A DNA stretch of 63,405 bases, filler included, from Octopus bimaculoides (lineage: Eukaryota), in assembly GCF_001194135.2 (NCBI RefSeq). It is 3 parts of 2 records of this genome, joined end to end, with 100 filler letters (N's around TTAATTAATTAA, not from the genome) between each part and the next. Parts side by side here need not be neighbours in the genome. Positions count along the whole stretch, not along the records: positions 1 to 30,981 come from NC_068983.1; positions 31,082 to 46,701 come from NC_068983.1; 1 more part is not named here. One strand, written 5' to 3'. The notes under the pieces are model-generated. The model had not been told where the DNA came from. It searched no databases and worked only from the letters and a program-made list of their open reading frames with translations. The translations under genes and the position numbers were made by a program. Numbering within the stretch: the stretch's first letter is position 1; each line of letters opens with the position of its first letter. Shown here piece by piece: positions 25,715-39,054 of the stretch.

Positions 25715-26520
25715 TAGATGAGATGCAGTTTGATTTGGAACCTGAAAGAGGGATTATAGTGCAATCTTCCTAACGAAGCCACAACAGGAGAAATATTTGG
25801 TTAAGAATAAACTAGTATTCCCAGCTTCCATGAATTTGGAGAATGCTTTTGATAGGGTACTACATTCAGTAATCCGGTGGTCACCAAGAAAACTAGGTGT
25901 AGATGTATGGCTTGTGAGGGTTGAATAAGCTATGTGCAAAGCAGCAGTTAGTAAAGTGTGTCAACAATGATTTCAGTGATAAACTTGGCATGAATGTTAG
26001 GAGTCTGTCAAAGATCAGTTTTTAATCCCTCTTATTTGTTACAGTCCTACAGGCCAACACAGAAGTGTTTAAGACTGGCTGTCCTGTCCATAGGAAATCT
26101 TATATGTTGATGATCTAGTTCTCATAGCTGAATCTATAGGGAAATTAAAGAGTAAATTTTAGGCATGGAAGTTAAATCTAGAATTGAGAGGCTTGAAGGT
26201 AAACTTGATAAAGTCTAAGATCTGAACAAGTAAAGAAGACAGAACTTTGGTATCTTCCGGAAAATGACCTCACTCGATATGCAGAAAAGGAGTAGGTATA
26301 AACTCCTTACACTGTACCTAATGTATGCTATTGACACATGAGAGGTATCACATGAGAGGTATCACTGATAGGCTAACAGAAGGAATAAGCTTCATATGTG
26401 GCAGATGTACTGAAACAGTATGTACAATGAGCACATCAGAAATAGACTCTTGTAAATGCACAGATGGCTCACTAGTAGTAGTCAGTAGATTTGCAGGGGA
26501 GGTGATTGTTCTGGAAGTAT
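25715..26520 (+). mobile_element. Highly degenerate RTE LINE RT fragment
   Basis: Aligns by eye to 6880-7620 (gatgcagtttg, gctatttgatagggtac, tatatgttgatgatctagttctcatagctgaatc = YVDDLVLIAES). Confidence 0.8.
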
Positions 26521-27849
26521 TGTAACTAAGGTATGAACAGGCTGGAAAATGTTCAAATATGTGCAAAGAAATATATGACTATCAATTAAAAAAAAAAAAA
26601 AAAAAAATTCAGATGAATGTAATGTGTTTATCTGATAAATAATTATTCTGCAAAGACTAGTCTAAGGTTATCCATGACTAGCTAGAAGAAAGAGACAGAG
26701 ATGACCATAAGAGGAACTTTACCGTAACTACTGGGCAGGTAAGAGAGAGATTACCTACCTCTGGTTGGCTAAACTCTTTGGTTAAAATTTCTGATTGGCT
26801 AACATATAATATGTAACAAAAGAAGGAAACCAATATGCCAACAGGTGAATGAAGTTGCTGCTCATATTTCTGGTGTATTCTGATCTCATCAAGGAAGCAT
26901 AAACTTTGTAATACTATCCAAAGCAGTGATAGGAGAATTACTGATTAAATGCACAAACTTGTTTACCGGTGGAGTAGAAAAACAGAATTGTTTAGAAGAA
27001 ATTATTTAGTGATGCCTTAGTTAATTTCACCCAGTGAATGAGTATCTAATTTTATCTAGTGTATGTGAGTGAGTGTGTATGCATGTTAAGAAAAAAACCC
27101 ACTAATTTTTAAACAAGCAGCAACAATCAGAACTTGATTCTAGTAAGAAAACAAATATTTTAGAATTGGTTCTTAATAAAATATATTGAAATTGCAGACA
27201 AATATTTAAATTAGTTGAGGGGCGTATACAGAGAGGATCAATATCTGATAAGCAAGTAATTATATATTGATAAATCACTTAATTGATTTAAGTTTGACAG
27301 TGAATTTAAATTCAATGATATTTGCATTTGGTGTTTTTTAAATGTCTGTCCAATTTTATTTTCAGTTTTACACATTGACAATAAGACTGATTTGATGATC
27401 TAAGTATGAAACAAAAATACAAAAAAAAAAGAAAAAAATTGTGAAGCATTCCAGAATTATATTACTAGCTTAATTTACTTGTCTTTAATCTCTAAAACAG
27501 ATGGTTGTAATGACTAATAAAATTTTCAACAGTCATCATCATAATGTATATTCTCAATAATTCTTTAAAATGTTCTCTCTTTAACTATATTTATTTTGTG
27601 GGGAAAATAATTCGAGCCCAAAGAAGTTGATAATGGTCAGAGCTGGCAAAAAACAAAGTAAAACAATTTTTTTTTTCTTCTAAGCTAGTATTTCTCCTGC
27701 TTCAGTGCAGTGTTTGCATTCAAGAATATTGACATGAACAAGATGGTGTTCTAATCAAGGTTCCAGTCCATCTGACAGTGAAAGCCTATCATAGTTATCT
27801 GTGTATAGAAGGCTCCATTATCCCACAAGAAAGAAGGGAGTAATGACAG

Positions 27850-28352
27850 TAATGACAGATAGATTTTGAACTCAAAATGCTAAGACTTGGAACAGAGGCT
27901 ACAAAGCAGTTCATCTAATGTTTTAACAATTCTGTCCATCTGCTAATCCACTGTCTTGGCTGTGCTTAGTACATTATTTATTACTCCTGAAAGATTGAAA
28001 GATAAAGTTGACATCAATAGGTTTTGAACTCTAAGTGTAGAGAGTTCAGATAAATACCACTATCACATGCCATTCTCTCCAATGCTTTGATGATTCTGCA
28101 ATTCACTACCTTGCTAAATAATGATAATAATAATAATAATGTTTTCTACTATTGGCACCTGGCCTGAAATTTGGTGGGAGGGGGATAGTCGATTATTTCA
28201 ACACCAGTACTCAGCTGGTACTTATTTTATTGACCCCAAAAGGATGAAAAGCAAAGGCGGAATTTGAAATAATAATAATGATAATGATAATTCTTTCTAC
28301 TGTAGGCACAAGGCCTGAAATTTTGAGGGATCTAGTCAATTACATTGACCCC
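27850..28352 (-). mobile_element. Array of 3-4 degenerate SINE family B copies joined by (AAT)n
   Basis: Repeated ttttgaactc..aat, ctactattggcac..gcctgaaattt and ggtacttattttattgacccc blocks. Confidence 0.75.
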
Positions 28353-28399
28353 AGAAGAAGAAGAAGAAGAAGAAGAAGAAGAAGAAGAAGAAGAAGAAG
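28353..28399. repeat. (GAA)n microsatellite
   Basis: About 15 uninterrupted units. Confidence 0.95.
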
Positions 28400-29101
28400 G
28401 AAGATCTGTGTGGTGTGAAGAGAGGCAAGTTCTTTGAAGGGGACCTTACTCAAAATGTCAGAACTTCTCATAACACAAAAAAAAAAAATTATCTTATTTC
28501 ACAAAATGTATTTACTTGGTCATTTGCTTTGTAAACCAAATCTCTTACATTAATCCTTAAATGAATCCATGTCTTATTTTGACAGCTTGTATTCTGGTCA
28601 CTATAAATTACCATATCAGAACAATACTCATCTTCCATTCTCTTTATATGCCTACATCATTCAAATCCCCTTGCCTGCCATAATTCTGAGTGATTCTCTA
28701 CAGATTATAATTTTGCTGATCACATTTTGAGATTGATAAAGTATTTTATGTTACTAAGGTTATTGTCAGATATGAGATAAATTGCACAAATTGCTTTTTG
28801 TTTTGTTTTGGGTTTGTTTGTTTTTTTCTGTTATTAAGAATAAAAGAGCTCTGAAACTGATTAGAGAAATTTCTTTTTCTCTTTTCAGTTCATGAGTCAA
28901 AAGTTTTTATCTCATCACTGACACAGCCAAATATTTTTTGGAAATGGAATTGACATTTTTCGACCTTGGTCTACGTAGATACATTTCATTACAAATTATG
29001 AAATGCAGACAATTCCAAAGAGATTCAAAAGTTTCTATATAGTACATCTGTGATGAAAGTATGAGTGTATGAAAGATGAAAGTACGAAAGATGATATAGC
29101 C

Positions 29102-29144
<43 letters not shown>

Positions 29145-29145
<1 letters not shown>

Positions 29146-30625
29146 CATCATCATCATCATCATTTAACATCCATTTCCTATGCATACATGGGTAGGACAG
29201 TTGACAAGAGCTAACCAGGTAGAAAATCTACCCAAGGCTATTGTGCCTGTTTTGACAGGGATTTTATGACTGGATACCCTTCCTAACACCAATCACTCTG
29301 CAGAGTGGACTCAGTGCTTTTTATGTGGCACAAGCACAGGTGAAATTAGTTTGACAAGATTTTTACAGCTGGATGCCCTTCCAAATGCCAACCATATTAC
29401 AGTATGGACTGAATGCTTTTAACATGGCACCAGCACTGGCAGGGTAACCAAGCAACTCACAAGACAAGGTATTATGAGAGGGGCAGGACATTTGTGTCAG
29501 AGGATGAAAGTTAGAGTGTGACAAAGATACAGTGAGACAGAAGCAGGTGTCTTGCCACAACAGAGAGGGCTTTAGAAGAGATGATTCAGTAACTTTTAGA
29601 GTGTAACAGAGAAAGAAAAGCCGAACAGGTGACTTGCTTTAGAGGAGGTACATAGTTACTCAGTGAAAGAGGGAGAAAGTGAGAGAAAAAGAGGAGATAG
29701 AGTGTGAGAGGGGAACAGAAAGTGGCCAGAAACAAGTGTGCTGATGTAAAGGTGATACTTGGTTACCTAGTCAGAGGAAAAACAAGAGGAGAAAGAGGTT
29801 GACCAAGGGAAAAAGAGTGACCAAGGGAAAGAGAGTGACCAAGGGAAAGAGAGTGACTAAAGGAAAGAGAGTGACCAAGGGAAAGAGAGAGAAAGAGAGA
29901 GAGTAGGAAACAGTAAAAGTGTAAGAGAAAGCAGAAGAGAGATGTCTTATTTTGACAGCCTATATTCTGGTCAAGTAACAAGAATATGAGCAGAGAACCT
30001 GGGTAGAAAAATAGGGAGTGGGTGTGGATGGTGGGTGGGTGGTGAGTATCGATACAGTGAGCATAGCAGTGAGGGCAAGAAAGGAGAGTGGAAAACAATC
30101 ATAATGTATGAGGAGGAAATGTGAGGAAGAGAAAGATGCAATTAGGAGAGAAGTTGTAGTTTGATTTCTTAGAGTAGAGTGGGTGCAAAGTGTGTTGTTA
30201 CATGTGGGTGGGACACAACTCTTTTAGCACTCTGTTTCATGTATGGGTCTTCCCTAAGACCTCATATCACCAATCATCTTGGTCTGCTGTCATTTCCTCT
30301 GTGAGCCCCAACATCCTAAGATCAGTCTTCACCACTTCATCCCATGTCTTCTTGGGTCTCCCGCTTCCACAGGCACCATCCACTTTCAGTGTCAGGCACT
30401 TCTGTATAAAGATGTCTTCACTCATACACATCACATGTCCAAACCAACACAGTCTCCTCTCCTGCATACCACATTTAATCCCTCCTATGCCTAACTTTTC
30501 TCTCAACACAGTTGTGCTTTGTCAGCCATGCACACTGATGTTGCAGATCCAACAGAGTATACTACCTTCATTCTTCTCCAGCCAACACATGTCCTCTGCA
30601 GTCAAAGCCCATATATGAATTAGAA
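29145..30625 (-). mobile_element. RTE LINE 3' portion with long 3' UTR and (GAT)n tail
   Basis: Minus-strand ORF 30267-30509 LREKLGIGGIKCGMQERRLCWFGHVMCMSEDIFIQKCLTLKVDGACGSGRPKKTWDEVVKTDLRMLGL; family E tail at 29145-29460. Continuity of the middle section is inferred. Confidence 0.75.
29799..29888. repeat. 18-bp minisatellite, 5 copies (gtgaccaagggaaagaga)
   Basis: Units at 29799, 29817, 29835, 29853 and 29871. Confidence 0.9.
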
Positions 30626-30947
30626 GCCACTTGTGGTATATAGACAAAATTGAACACACATGCACAAGGTGTGAGTGTTGTTAGTTCGTGGGTTAGCAGT
30701 AGATGGTTCTCAAATCATTTAGCATATAGTCAAAGATGGCGATATGGCTTGCAGCAGGCCTTGTATGCAACATTGAAAATTCACAACAATGATGAAACAT
30801 CAATTTGTCATTCCGAGAAGGGACATGATGTGAGTTGTTTGCTTGTCTATGACTTACTTTCAGGTGTTTTTAACACCAGGCACCTTGTGAATATATTCTT
30901 TTATACCTAAAGCACAACTGACACCTTTTGTATGTGTGTTCGATTTT

Positions 30948-30981
<34 letters not shown>

Positions 30982-31025
30982 NNNNNNNNNNNNNNNNNNN
31001 NNNNNNNNNNNNNNNNNNNNNNNNN

Positions 31026-31037
31026 TTAATTAATTAA
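31026..31037. other. Artificial scaffold linker TTAATTAATTAA inside a 100-bp gap
   Basis: 12-bp palindrome with 44 N on each side; identical construct at 46746-46757. Confidence 0.92.
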
Positions 31038-31817
31038 NNNNNNNNNNNNNNNNNNNNNNNNNNNNNNNNNNNNNNNNNNNNCTCTCTCTCTCTCTCTCTC
31101 TCTCTCTCAACATAACTGCCTCCCCTGTCCATCTTTATCTACCTTTTCCTCTCAGCTAACTTTTTAACTATGTATTAAGTATTCCTTCCCCAACCCACCG
31201 CACGTCGTAACACTTCTCTCTCCCTCTTTTCTCTCGTCGTCTTTTTCTCTCGTTTTTTGCTTCTACCTTCAGCTGACCACGTGACCACTGGTCTAAATGT
31301 ATTAAGATATATTAATAACCTTTCACTACTTCTTCCTCTCTTCTTTCTTCATTCCTCCCTCTCTCTCCCTCACACACTCTTACTCCACCTCTCACTCGCT
31401 CCGCCTCCACCTCTCTAACTAACTAATGTATAACGAGCAAACGAACAAGCAGATTATTAAATAGATACATGCATGTATGTGTATGTGTGTGAGTGTGCGC
31501 GTGAGCATACGTGTCCAAGTTTGTGACTGTGTGTGCACGCGCCTACGTTTATATTTACTGGTGGTGTAAACCGCTGTTCAGTTGGGAAATCAACGGGATA
31601 AGATTAATGATAAAAGACCAGACTAAAATAAGTACTAACATTGATAGTATAAACTAAAATCCTCTTGAAGACGGTGCTACTGCATGGCCACGGATCAACG
31701 ACTAAAACATCAGTTTGATTATTTTGTCGAAATTTTGAATATCATTAGTCCAAGCTCTCGACCATTTGATGTCAAAACTATGTTCAGAAGAGACACACAA
31801 AGTAATTATCACTATGG

Positions 31818-32226
31818 TCGCAGGTGAGGCTGTGTGGTAAGAAGCTTGCTTCCCAACCACATGGTTCAGGGTTCAGTCCCACTACGTGGCATCTTGAGCA
31901 AGTGTTTTTTACAATAGCTTAGCACCGACCAACGATTTACGGGAAACTGAAAGAAGCTCATCGTATATATGTATGTGTGTGTGTGTGTGTGTGTCTTTGC
32001 GTCTGTGTGTCTTTGCGTCTGTGTTTCCTCTCACTACAGCTTGACAATCGGTGCAGGTGTGTTTACGTTCTTATAACTTAGCGGTTCGGCATAAGAGACC
32101 GATAGAATAAGTACCAGGCTTTAAAAAACAGTGTACTGCGATCGACACATTCGGTTAAAAATTCTTGAAGGTGGTGCCCCAGCATGACCGCAGTTTAATT
32201 ACTGAAACAAGTAAAAGGTAAAAGAT
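31818..32226 (+). mobile_element. SINE family C, full length
   Basis: tcgcaggtgaggctgtgtggtaagaagcttgcttcccaaccacatggttcagggttcagtccc head, internal (TG)n, tail ..ctgaaacaagtaaaaggtaaaaga. Confidence 0.9.
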
Positions 32227-32552
32227 AGTTACAAAAGTAGCTGTTACTTACCACTCGACTTGAACGTTCCATCTGCAAGAAAGAGCAGTCAATCTCCCTC
32301 AGATAATAACATCCTACTGTTATAATCAAAACGAAACAAACAAACGAACTCGTTGGATGATTTACTTCTAGGTACACTATGTATAACAGTAAAATTGGAT
32401 GGGCACGGCTGGAATGTCTTTTGCCATAGGTTTGCTTGACCAGGGTTAAGTTGGTTGCTTAAATAACAATAATTTTAGGATGTCTGCAACTATCTTTGTC
32501 TTATGAGAACACATCAGAAACAATACATTTAATAAACAGCTAAATCTGTCTG

Positions 32553-32589
<37 letters not shown>

Positions 32590-32692
32590 TTATCTATCTA
32601 TCTGTCTGTCTGTCTGACTGTCTGTCATCAATCAATGTATTATCTGTCTGTCTATTATCTGTCATACATACATACATACATACATACATACA

Positions 32693-33655
32693 TGGATGTT
32701 TTGTCCCTTTCTTGTATCACCTAACTGTCTGGATGTTTTGCGTCCTTGTCCCATTCTGTATTATTTATACATATACATACATATATACGTACATACATAC
32801 AGAAGTTTATCGTTTAAGTATATATGAGCATGTCTAGATATGTAAGAATATTATAAGAAGGTATACATAAAACAAATCTGCACGTNNNNNNNNNNNNNNN
32901 NNNNNNNNNNNNNNNNNNNNNNNNNNNNNNNNNNNNNNNNNNNNNNNNNNNNNNNNNNNNNNNNNNNNNNNNNNNNNNNNNNNNNNNNNNNNNNNNNNNN
33001 NNNNNNNNNNNNNNNNNNNNNNNNNNNNNNNNNNNNNNNNNNNNNNNNNNNNNNNNNNNNNNNNNNNNNNNNNNNNNNNNNNNNNNNNNNNNNNNNNNNN
33101 NNNNNNNNNNNNNNNNNNNNNNNNNNNNNNNNNNNNNNNNNNNNNNNNNNNCCTGAGCCTGTGAAATCTTGTATTCCTGCTGTAAGGCCTTATTTCTACA
33201 CACGCCAGCTGAATTTGATTTGTCCTTAATTGAAAGAAATCTGTTGTTATGTCCTGTTTTTTTATTTGTATTGTATTTGAATAACATTGTTCGTTTTTTT
33301 TCTTCCAATCTAATGCTCTTAGCTTAGTTTTTCCTTGGGCTGGCGGCTAGATTGGAGCAATATCGAGAATAACCAGCCGAAATTGCAAGGATAATCTGGA
33401 TCTTTACTGAGGAAAGAAAACTCCGAATGACCTGTCCTTGTTTCCTTGTATCGTCTATCTGGATGTTTTGTCCCTTTCTTGTATCACCTAACTGCCTGGT
33501 TGTTTTGCGTCCTTGTCCCATTCTGTATTATTTATACATATACATACATATATACGTACATACATACAGAAGTTTATCGTTTAAGTATATATGAGCATGT
33601 CTAGATATGTAAGAATATTATAAGAAGGTATACATAAAACAAATCTGCACGTATA
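32693..33655 (+). repeat. ~190-bp direct duplication (offset 767 bp) flanking an N gap
   Basis: 32693-32885 matches 33460-33652 with two substitutions. Confidence 0.9.
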
Positions 33656-34118
33656 CATACAAATCTTCACTTATACATACATACATACATACATATAAAA
33701 ATACCCTCTCTTTCATGTTGAAAGTCCAATGAAGGAGCTTTGGATCTAGGTTAGAAACCGGCTCTTTCTCTGTCGGCAAGAAATCTTGAAATAAAACTGA
33801 ATGATGACATACATACATACATACGTACGCACACACACACACACATACATACATTCATACATACATACATCATCGATGGCAATAATGTAAATCCAGAACT
33901 AGTTAAAGAATAACAACAGTGATGTTACAGAATCGGTCAAGAACAAAATAAAATCGTTATTGTAAACCAAACACGAAGATTGCCAATGAATAAAATGTAA
34001 GACTTTTCATTTGTAATTTGTTCAAACATTTTTACTCACCACGAACGAAGATTAACTAGCTATAGAATACATTAGTTTTCTTTTTTTTTTTCTTTATTTG
34101 AATTCGACTCCTTTCTCT

Positions 34119-34155
<37 letters not shown>

Positions 34156-34639
34156 TCACTCACTCACTCACTTACTCCAAAGAGCTCAACATAACAAGGA
34201 ATGGTTGTGAAATTGTATAGTATAGCTAATCAAGGAGATAAATTTGCCAATAGTGCGCAATAACAATATGGCGATATCAACAAAAGGAAGCCCATAGTTA
34301 ATGGTTTTCTTTATTACTTAATGTTTCGATTTAAAATAACTGCAAATCGTAGGAATGTTTTCTAGAATTCTGTGTTAATGAAAGAAAACTATTAAAAACC
34401 TATTCTGCTATGTACAGCTATATTGCATGGAATTCTTTCATTGTCAAAACAGATTACATTGCACGTTTAATATTTTTGCAGTTTATTTATGTATTTAGCA
34501 GAGAGCGACAAATGAATGAGGTAGCTCACTGGACTATGAGGACATTGCTTGAAGACGTCGCCCTTATATAACCTAGGTTCGTCAAGTAAAGGCCTGTTCC
34601 TCACCAAACAGAAGACAATGTTTAGTCCTCGTTCTCCGT

Positions 34640-35095
34640 ATGAGGCATAGGGCCGGTTTCTTGGGTTTTGCGACGTATATGTTCCTCCTTAGACGGAACG
34701 CCAGTTTGTCGCAGGATTACTCGTTTTTACTGGCTGCGTGGACTGGAGTAATGTGAAATAGAATGTTTTGCTCAAGAGCACAACGCAACTCCCGCTGCAG
34801 GGATCGAAACCACAATCTTACGTTCATGAATCCAACACGCTAACCACTAAGCCATGTGCCGCCACAGAGAACACAATGCAAGATATTAATTAAATCCTAC
34901 AAACTAATGACGCACGTTACGGTGATACAAGTGATGTGAAGGTGCTTGGCCTAGTGGTTAGATTGTTGGCTGATGACCATTAAGTCGTAGGTTCAGTTCC
35001 CGGTTCGGTTGGTGCGTTGTGTCTTTGAGCAAGGCACTTCAATTCATGTTGATCCAGTCTACTAATCTGTAAGAGATAGCAGCCGACTTACTGGC
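34640..35095. mobile_element. Divergent pair of SINE family D copies (34640-34865 minus, 34935-35095 plus)
   Basis: Same head/core as 13019-13521, in opposite orientations. Confidence 0.8.
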
Positions 35096-35639
35096 GCGTA
35101 CTTTTCTCACTTCAGCTGACACATTCTGGATCTGGGTGTTCTAATAAATCAATGGTAAGGGACTGAGGGGTGTTTGTGGTTGCAGGTGACTTTATAGGCA
35201 TTTTAAGCAATTAACGAAAGCAGGGTGCATGTTACCAAAACACGGGTTTACGAGTGACGATTGGCTGCATATGAGAGATCAGTACTTTCACAAAAGAGCT
35301 AGTACTGTGAATCACAACTGGGTCAATGGATGGAATATAGGATTTGAAAGCTAAACATCTTGATTTTTCTTATTACATAGCATAATACTTGCACCATTGT
35401 ACGACTCGGCAACTCTTCAATTAGAAAAAAAACCTGTACGTAGTTTACTGTCGCTTCGAATAAACACAGTTCTAGATTCAATACAGCTATGAACTACACA
35501 GATGTACGCAAAGCCTCAAAATAATTCAGGCAGAATTGATTCAGTTGCCAGATTTTAACAGTTACAGACTAATCATATGAGAAAAGGCATTGCTGAACGT
35601 TAAGAAGTTTAAGAAGTTTTTTTCGCAATAAGTGAGATC

Positions 35640-36135
35640 CCGAAGGCAGCGAGTTGGTAGAGTCGTTCGCATGCTCTGAATTCAAATTCACTCTGAATTC
35701 AAATTCCGCCGAGGTCAACTTGGCCTTTTATCTTTTTAGGGTTGATAAAATAAGTACCGGTTGAGTACCGGGGGTTGATATAATCGATTTTCCCCCTCCC
35801 CCGAACTTGCTAGTCTTTTGCCAAAAGTTGTAACCAATACATAGTTGGCACTCCGTCGGTTACGACGACGAGGGTTCCTGTTGATCCGATCGACGGAACA
35901 GCCTGCTCGTGAAATTAACGTGCAAGTGGCTGAGTACTCCACAGATACGTGTACCCTTAGCGTATTTCTCAGGGAGATTCAGCGTGACACAGAGTGTGAC
36001 AAGGCTGGCCCTTTGAAATACAGGCACAACAGAGAACGTGTCGATAAGATAAATACCAGTTGGACAATAACGTCGATGTAATCGACTTACTCCGTCACCG
36101 AAATTGCTGGCCTTGTACCAAAATTTGAAACCAAT
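35640..36135. mobile_element. SINE B (+, 35640-35835), SINE A 3' fragment (-, 35844-36030), SINE B 3' part (+, 36035-36135)
   Basis: Motif matches to families A and B. Confidence 0.8.
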
Positions 36136-36603
36136 AAGTGAGATCCTGGTTTTGATCTCGCTGCAGAGAGTCTTGGATAATTATCTTCTCTTGTAGTCTT
36201 GAGTCAACACATGCTGTGTGTAAGTCCAATATAAGAGCCCCAGCTCAGTCATGAGATTATATTCGACAATTAAAAAAAAATATTTTGATATCAATAGAAT
36301 ATTTAACCACTGATATCATTAAATGAAGTTCTGTCCAAACCGATACAAGATCCATCAAATCAGTCGTGGAAATCACAGGGTACGAGATTAAAATTTTCAT
36401 ATCAGCAGGAAAACAAGTAATCGTCAATGAAATTTTCTTCGACTACGAATTAATTGGATGCTAATATTTTTAATGTAATGTTGGACAATTAGTAGAATAA
36501 TTTTATTCTGATAGCGCTACTGACTGACCAATTATCTGAGATAAAAGAAAAAAAAATAATGCAGTGACAATAGTAGAAACAATTTATAACGGTAAGTTAT
36601 ATA

Positions 36604-36978
36604 GTTGGCACTCCGTCGCTTACGTCGAGGGTTCCAGTTGATCCGATCAACGGAACAGCCTGCTTGTGAAATTAACGTGCAAGTGGCTGAGCACTCCACA
36701 GATACGTGTACCCTTAATGTAGTCCTCGGGGATATTCAGCGTGACACAGTGTGACAAGGCTGACCCTTTGAATTACAGGCACAACAGAAGCAGGAAGTAA
36801 GAGAGAAAGTTGTGGTGAAAGAGTACAGGAGGGTTCACCACCATCCTCTGCCTGAGCATCGTGGATCTTTTGGTGTTTTCGCTCAATAAACACACACAAC
36901 GCCCGGTCTGGGAATCGAAACCGCGATCCTTTGACCGCGAGTCCGCTGCCCTAACCACTGGGCCATTGCGCCTCCACA
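36604..36978 (-). mobile_element. SINE family A (OK-like), full length, young
   Basis: Head ggaggcgcaatggcccagtggttagggcagcggactcgcggtcaaaggatcgcggtttcgattccc with CpGs retained. Confidence 0.92.
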
Positions 36979-37074
36979 TAACAGTAAGTACTCTGTAGTA
37001 TAATTGATAACATAGTCCTTTAGAAAGCGAGAGATGTGTAGTTCAAGGATCGACATCAGGTCTATTGCACTTTC

Positions 37075-37560
37075 TACCCAAATCAGTTTCAAATTTTGGC
37101 ACAAGACCAGCAATGTCGTGGGAGGGATTTAGTCGATTACACGGACTCCTATATTCAAGTGGTACTTATTTTATCGACCGCGATTACATCGACCCAGTAC
37201 TCAACTGGTACTTATTTTATCGACCCCGAAAGGCTGATAGGCAAAATTTACCTCGGCAGAATTTGGACTCAGAACACAAAGACAGATGAAATACCTATTT
37301 CGTTATTGCCCACAAGGGGCTAAACATAGAGGGAACAAACAAGAACAGACGAACGGATTAAGTCGATTACATCGACCCCAGTGCGTAACTGGTACTTAAT
37401 TTATCGACCCCGAAAGGATGAAAGGCAAAGTCGACCTCGGCGGAATTTGAACTCAGAACGTAACGGCAGACAAAATACCGCTAAGCATTTTGCCCGGCGT
37501 GCTAACGATTCTGCCAACTCAACCGTTAAGCATTTTGCTTACTTTCAATCCCAAATTAAT
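37075..37560 (-). mobile_element. SINE B with a younger SINE B (37296-37521) nested in its tRNA-like region
   Basis: Host reads gacagatgaaatacc|insert|gttaagcattttg. Confidence 0.8.
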
Positions 37561-38341
37561 ACTGACCAATGGGACCAGTGAATATTTCACGGAATTTATG
37601 GTAAACTTATTGGGTTATTTCTGAAAATTTTATCCAAAAAACCTGGAAGCGTAGCTTGTGTTGTGCCTGTATCAAAATATAATCTCTCATCTGCTACTCA
37701 TTGAAATGTGAAAGAAATTGGAATACGGTGATCACTTAATGCACTTTATATATACACTTTATATACTTAATGCAAAATTTTATGGACTTAATATACAACA
37801 CTCTCCCTCTTTCTCGCTCACTCTTCGCCTTACCCTCTTCTCTCTCCTTTTTCTTTCGCTTTTCGCCTTTCCCTTCAACTAATCACATGAAAGCGTTACA
37901 GACGGGATAAGTAACGGAAGAAACAAAACTTAGTTCAAAAAAAGAAAATTACATAATTCACTCACTACCACCCCTTNNNNNNNNNNNNNNNNNNNNNNNN
38001 NNNNNNNNNNNNNNNNNNNNNNNNNNNNNNNNNNNNNNNNNNNNNNNNNNNNNNNNNNNNNNNNNNNNNNNNNNNNNNNNNNNNNNNNNNNNNNNNNNNN
38101 NNNNNNNNNNNNNNNNNNNNNNNNNNNNNNNNNNNNNNNNNNNNNNNNNNNNNNNNNNNNNNNNNNNNNNNNNNNNNNNNNNNNNNNNNNNNNNNNNNNN
38201 NNNNNNNNNNNNNNNNNNNNNNNNNNNNNNNNNNNNNNNNNNNNNNNNNNNNNNNNNNNNNNNNNNNNNNNNNNNNNNNNNNNNNNNNNNNNNNNNNNNN
38301 NNNNNNNNNNNNNNNNNNNNNNNNNNNNNNNNNNNNNNNNN

Positions 38342-38439
38342 GGTTAAGAGTGCGGGCTACTAACCTCAAGATTCCGAGTTCGATTCCAGGCAGTCACCTG
38401 AATAATAACAATAATAACAATAATAATAATAATAATAAT

Positions 38440-38470
<31 letters not shown>

Positions 38471-38650
38471 TCGAAAAATACCTAAGGAACGAGAACCCAG
38501 GTTTGAAATTTCCCCAAGTCGCCTGATGAAGGCTGAAGGGTGTATCAGCCGAAACATTGTGTTAACAACAAACAAGATGAAGACAAATATCCATCAAATG
38601 TAAATAAGGTAAATAATGTAAATAATTCCTCATCTCTTAAATATAGAACT
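38342..38650 (+). mobile_element. tRNA-headed SINE-like element carrying a hammerhead motif
   Basis: ggttaagagtgcgggctactaacctcaagattccgaGTTCGATTCC (tRNA-like, B box), then (AAT)n(AAC)n, then CTGATGA-A-GGCTGA-agggtgta-TCAGCC-GAAAC-att-gtgtt at 38523-38563. The 5' end lies in the N gap. Confidence 0.7.
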
Positions 38651-39054
38651 GAACAATTGAAGAGTTAAATAGCTATAAATCAATGATGAATACCGTAATC
38701 TATTGAATTGTGAGACAACACTACTGACTCCGTCTGGTATGGTAGTGGAATCAGCTTGAAAGAAACCAGCCATCTTCAACCTAGATAATTCAACTGTAAT
38801 CACTACCAAATCTACACAGTAATTGCTACTAAATCTCTTACCAATTTACCTGTGTTACCTCTTCTTTATTCGTTGATACATTGGTTCTACACTGCAGTAA
38901 TCTATTTGCAGCTAAATACACTATTCTACTTGAGTGAAATGGCTTTTGACTACGGACACGGCATTGAAACGCTGAGAAGCCATCCGTTCGTGACCCTTCA
39001 GTCGGTTGCTCGATATTGCTTCGACTGGGTTGCCGTGAGGTGCTATATCTTTAA

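Noticed and set aside
26730-26745. Strong donor CAG|GTAAGA
   Set aside because: Appears to lie in degenerate RTE-like sequence and has no upstream acceptor defining an exon.
31026-31037. Perfect palindrome TTAATTAATTAA isolated in Ns (also 46746-46757)
   Set aside because: Identical 44N-12bp-44N construct twice, with stops in all frames; a scaffolding linker, not biology.
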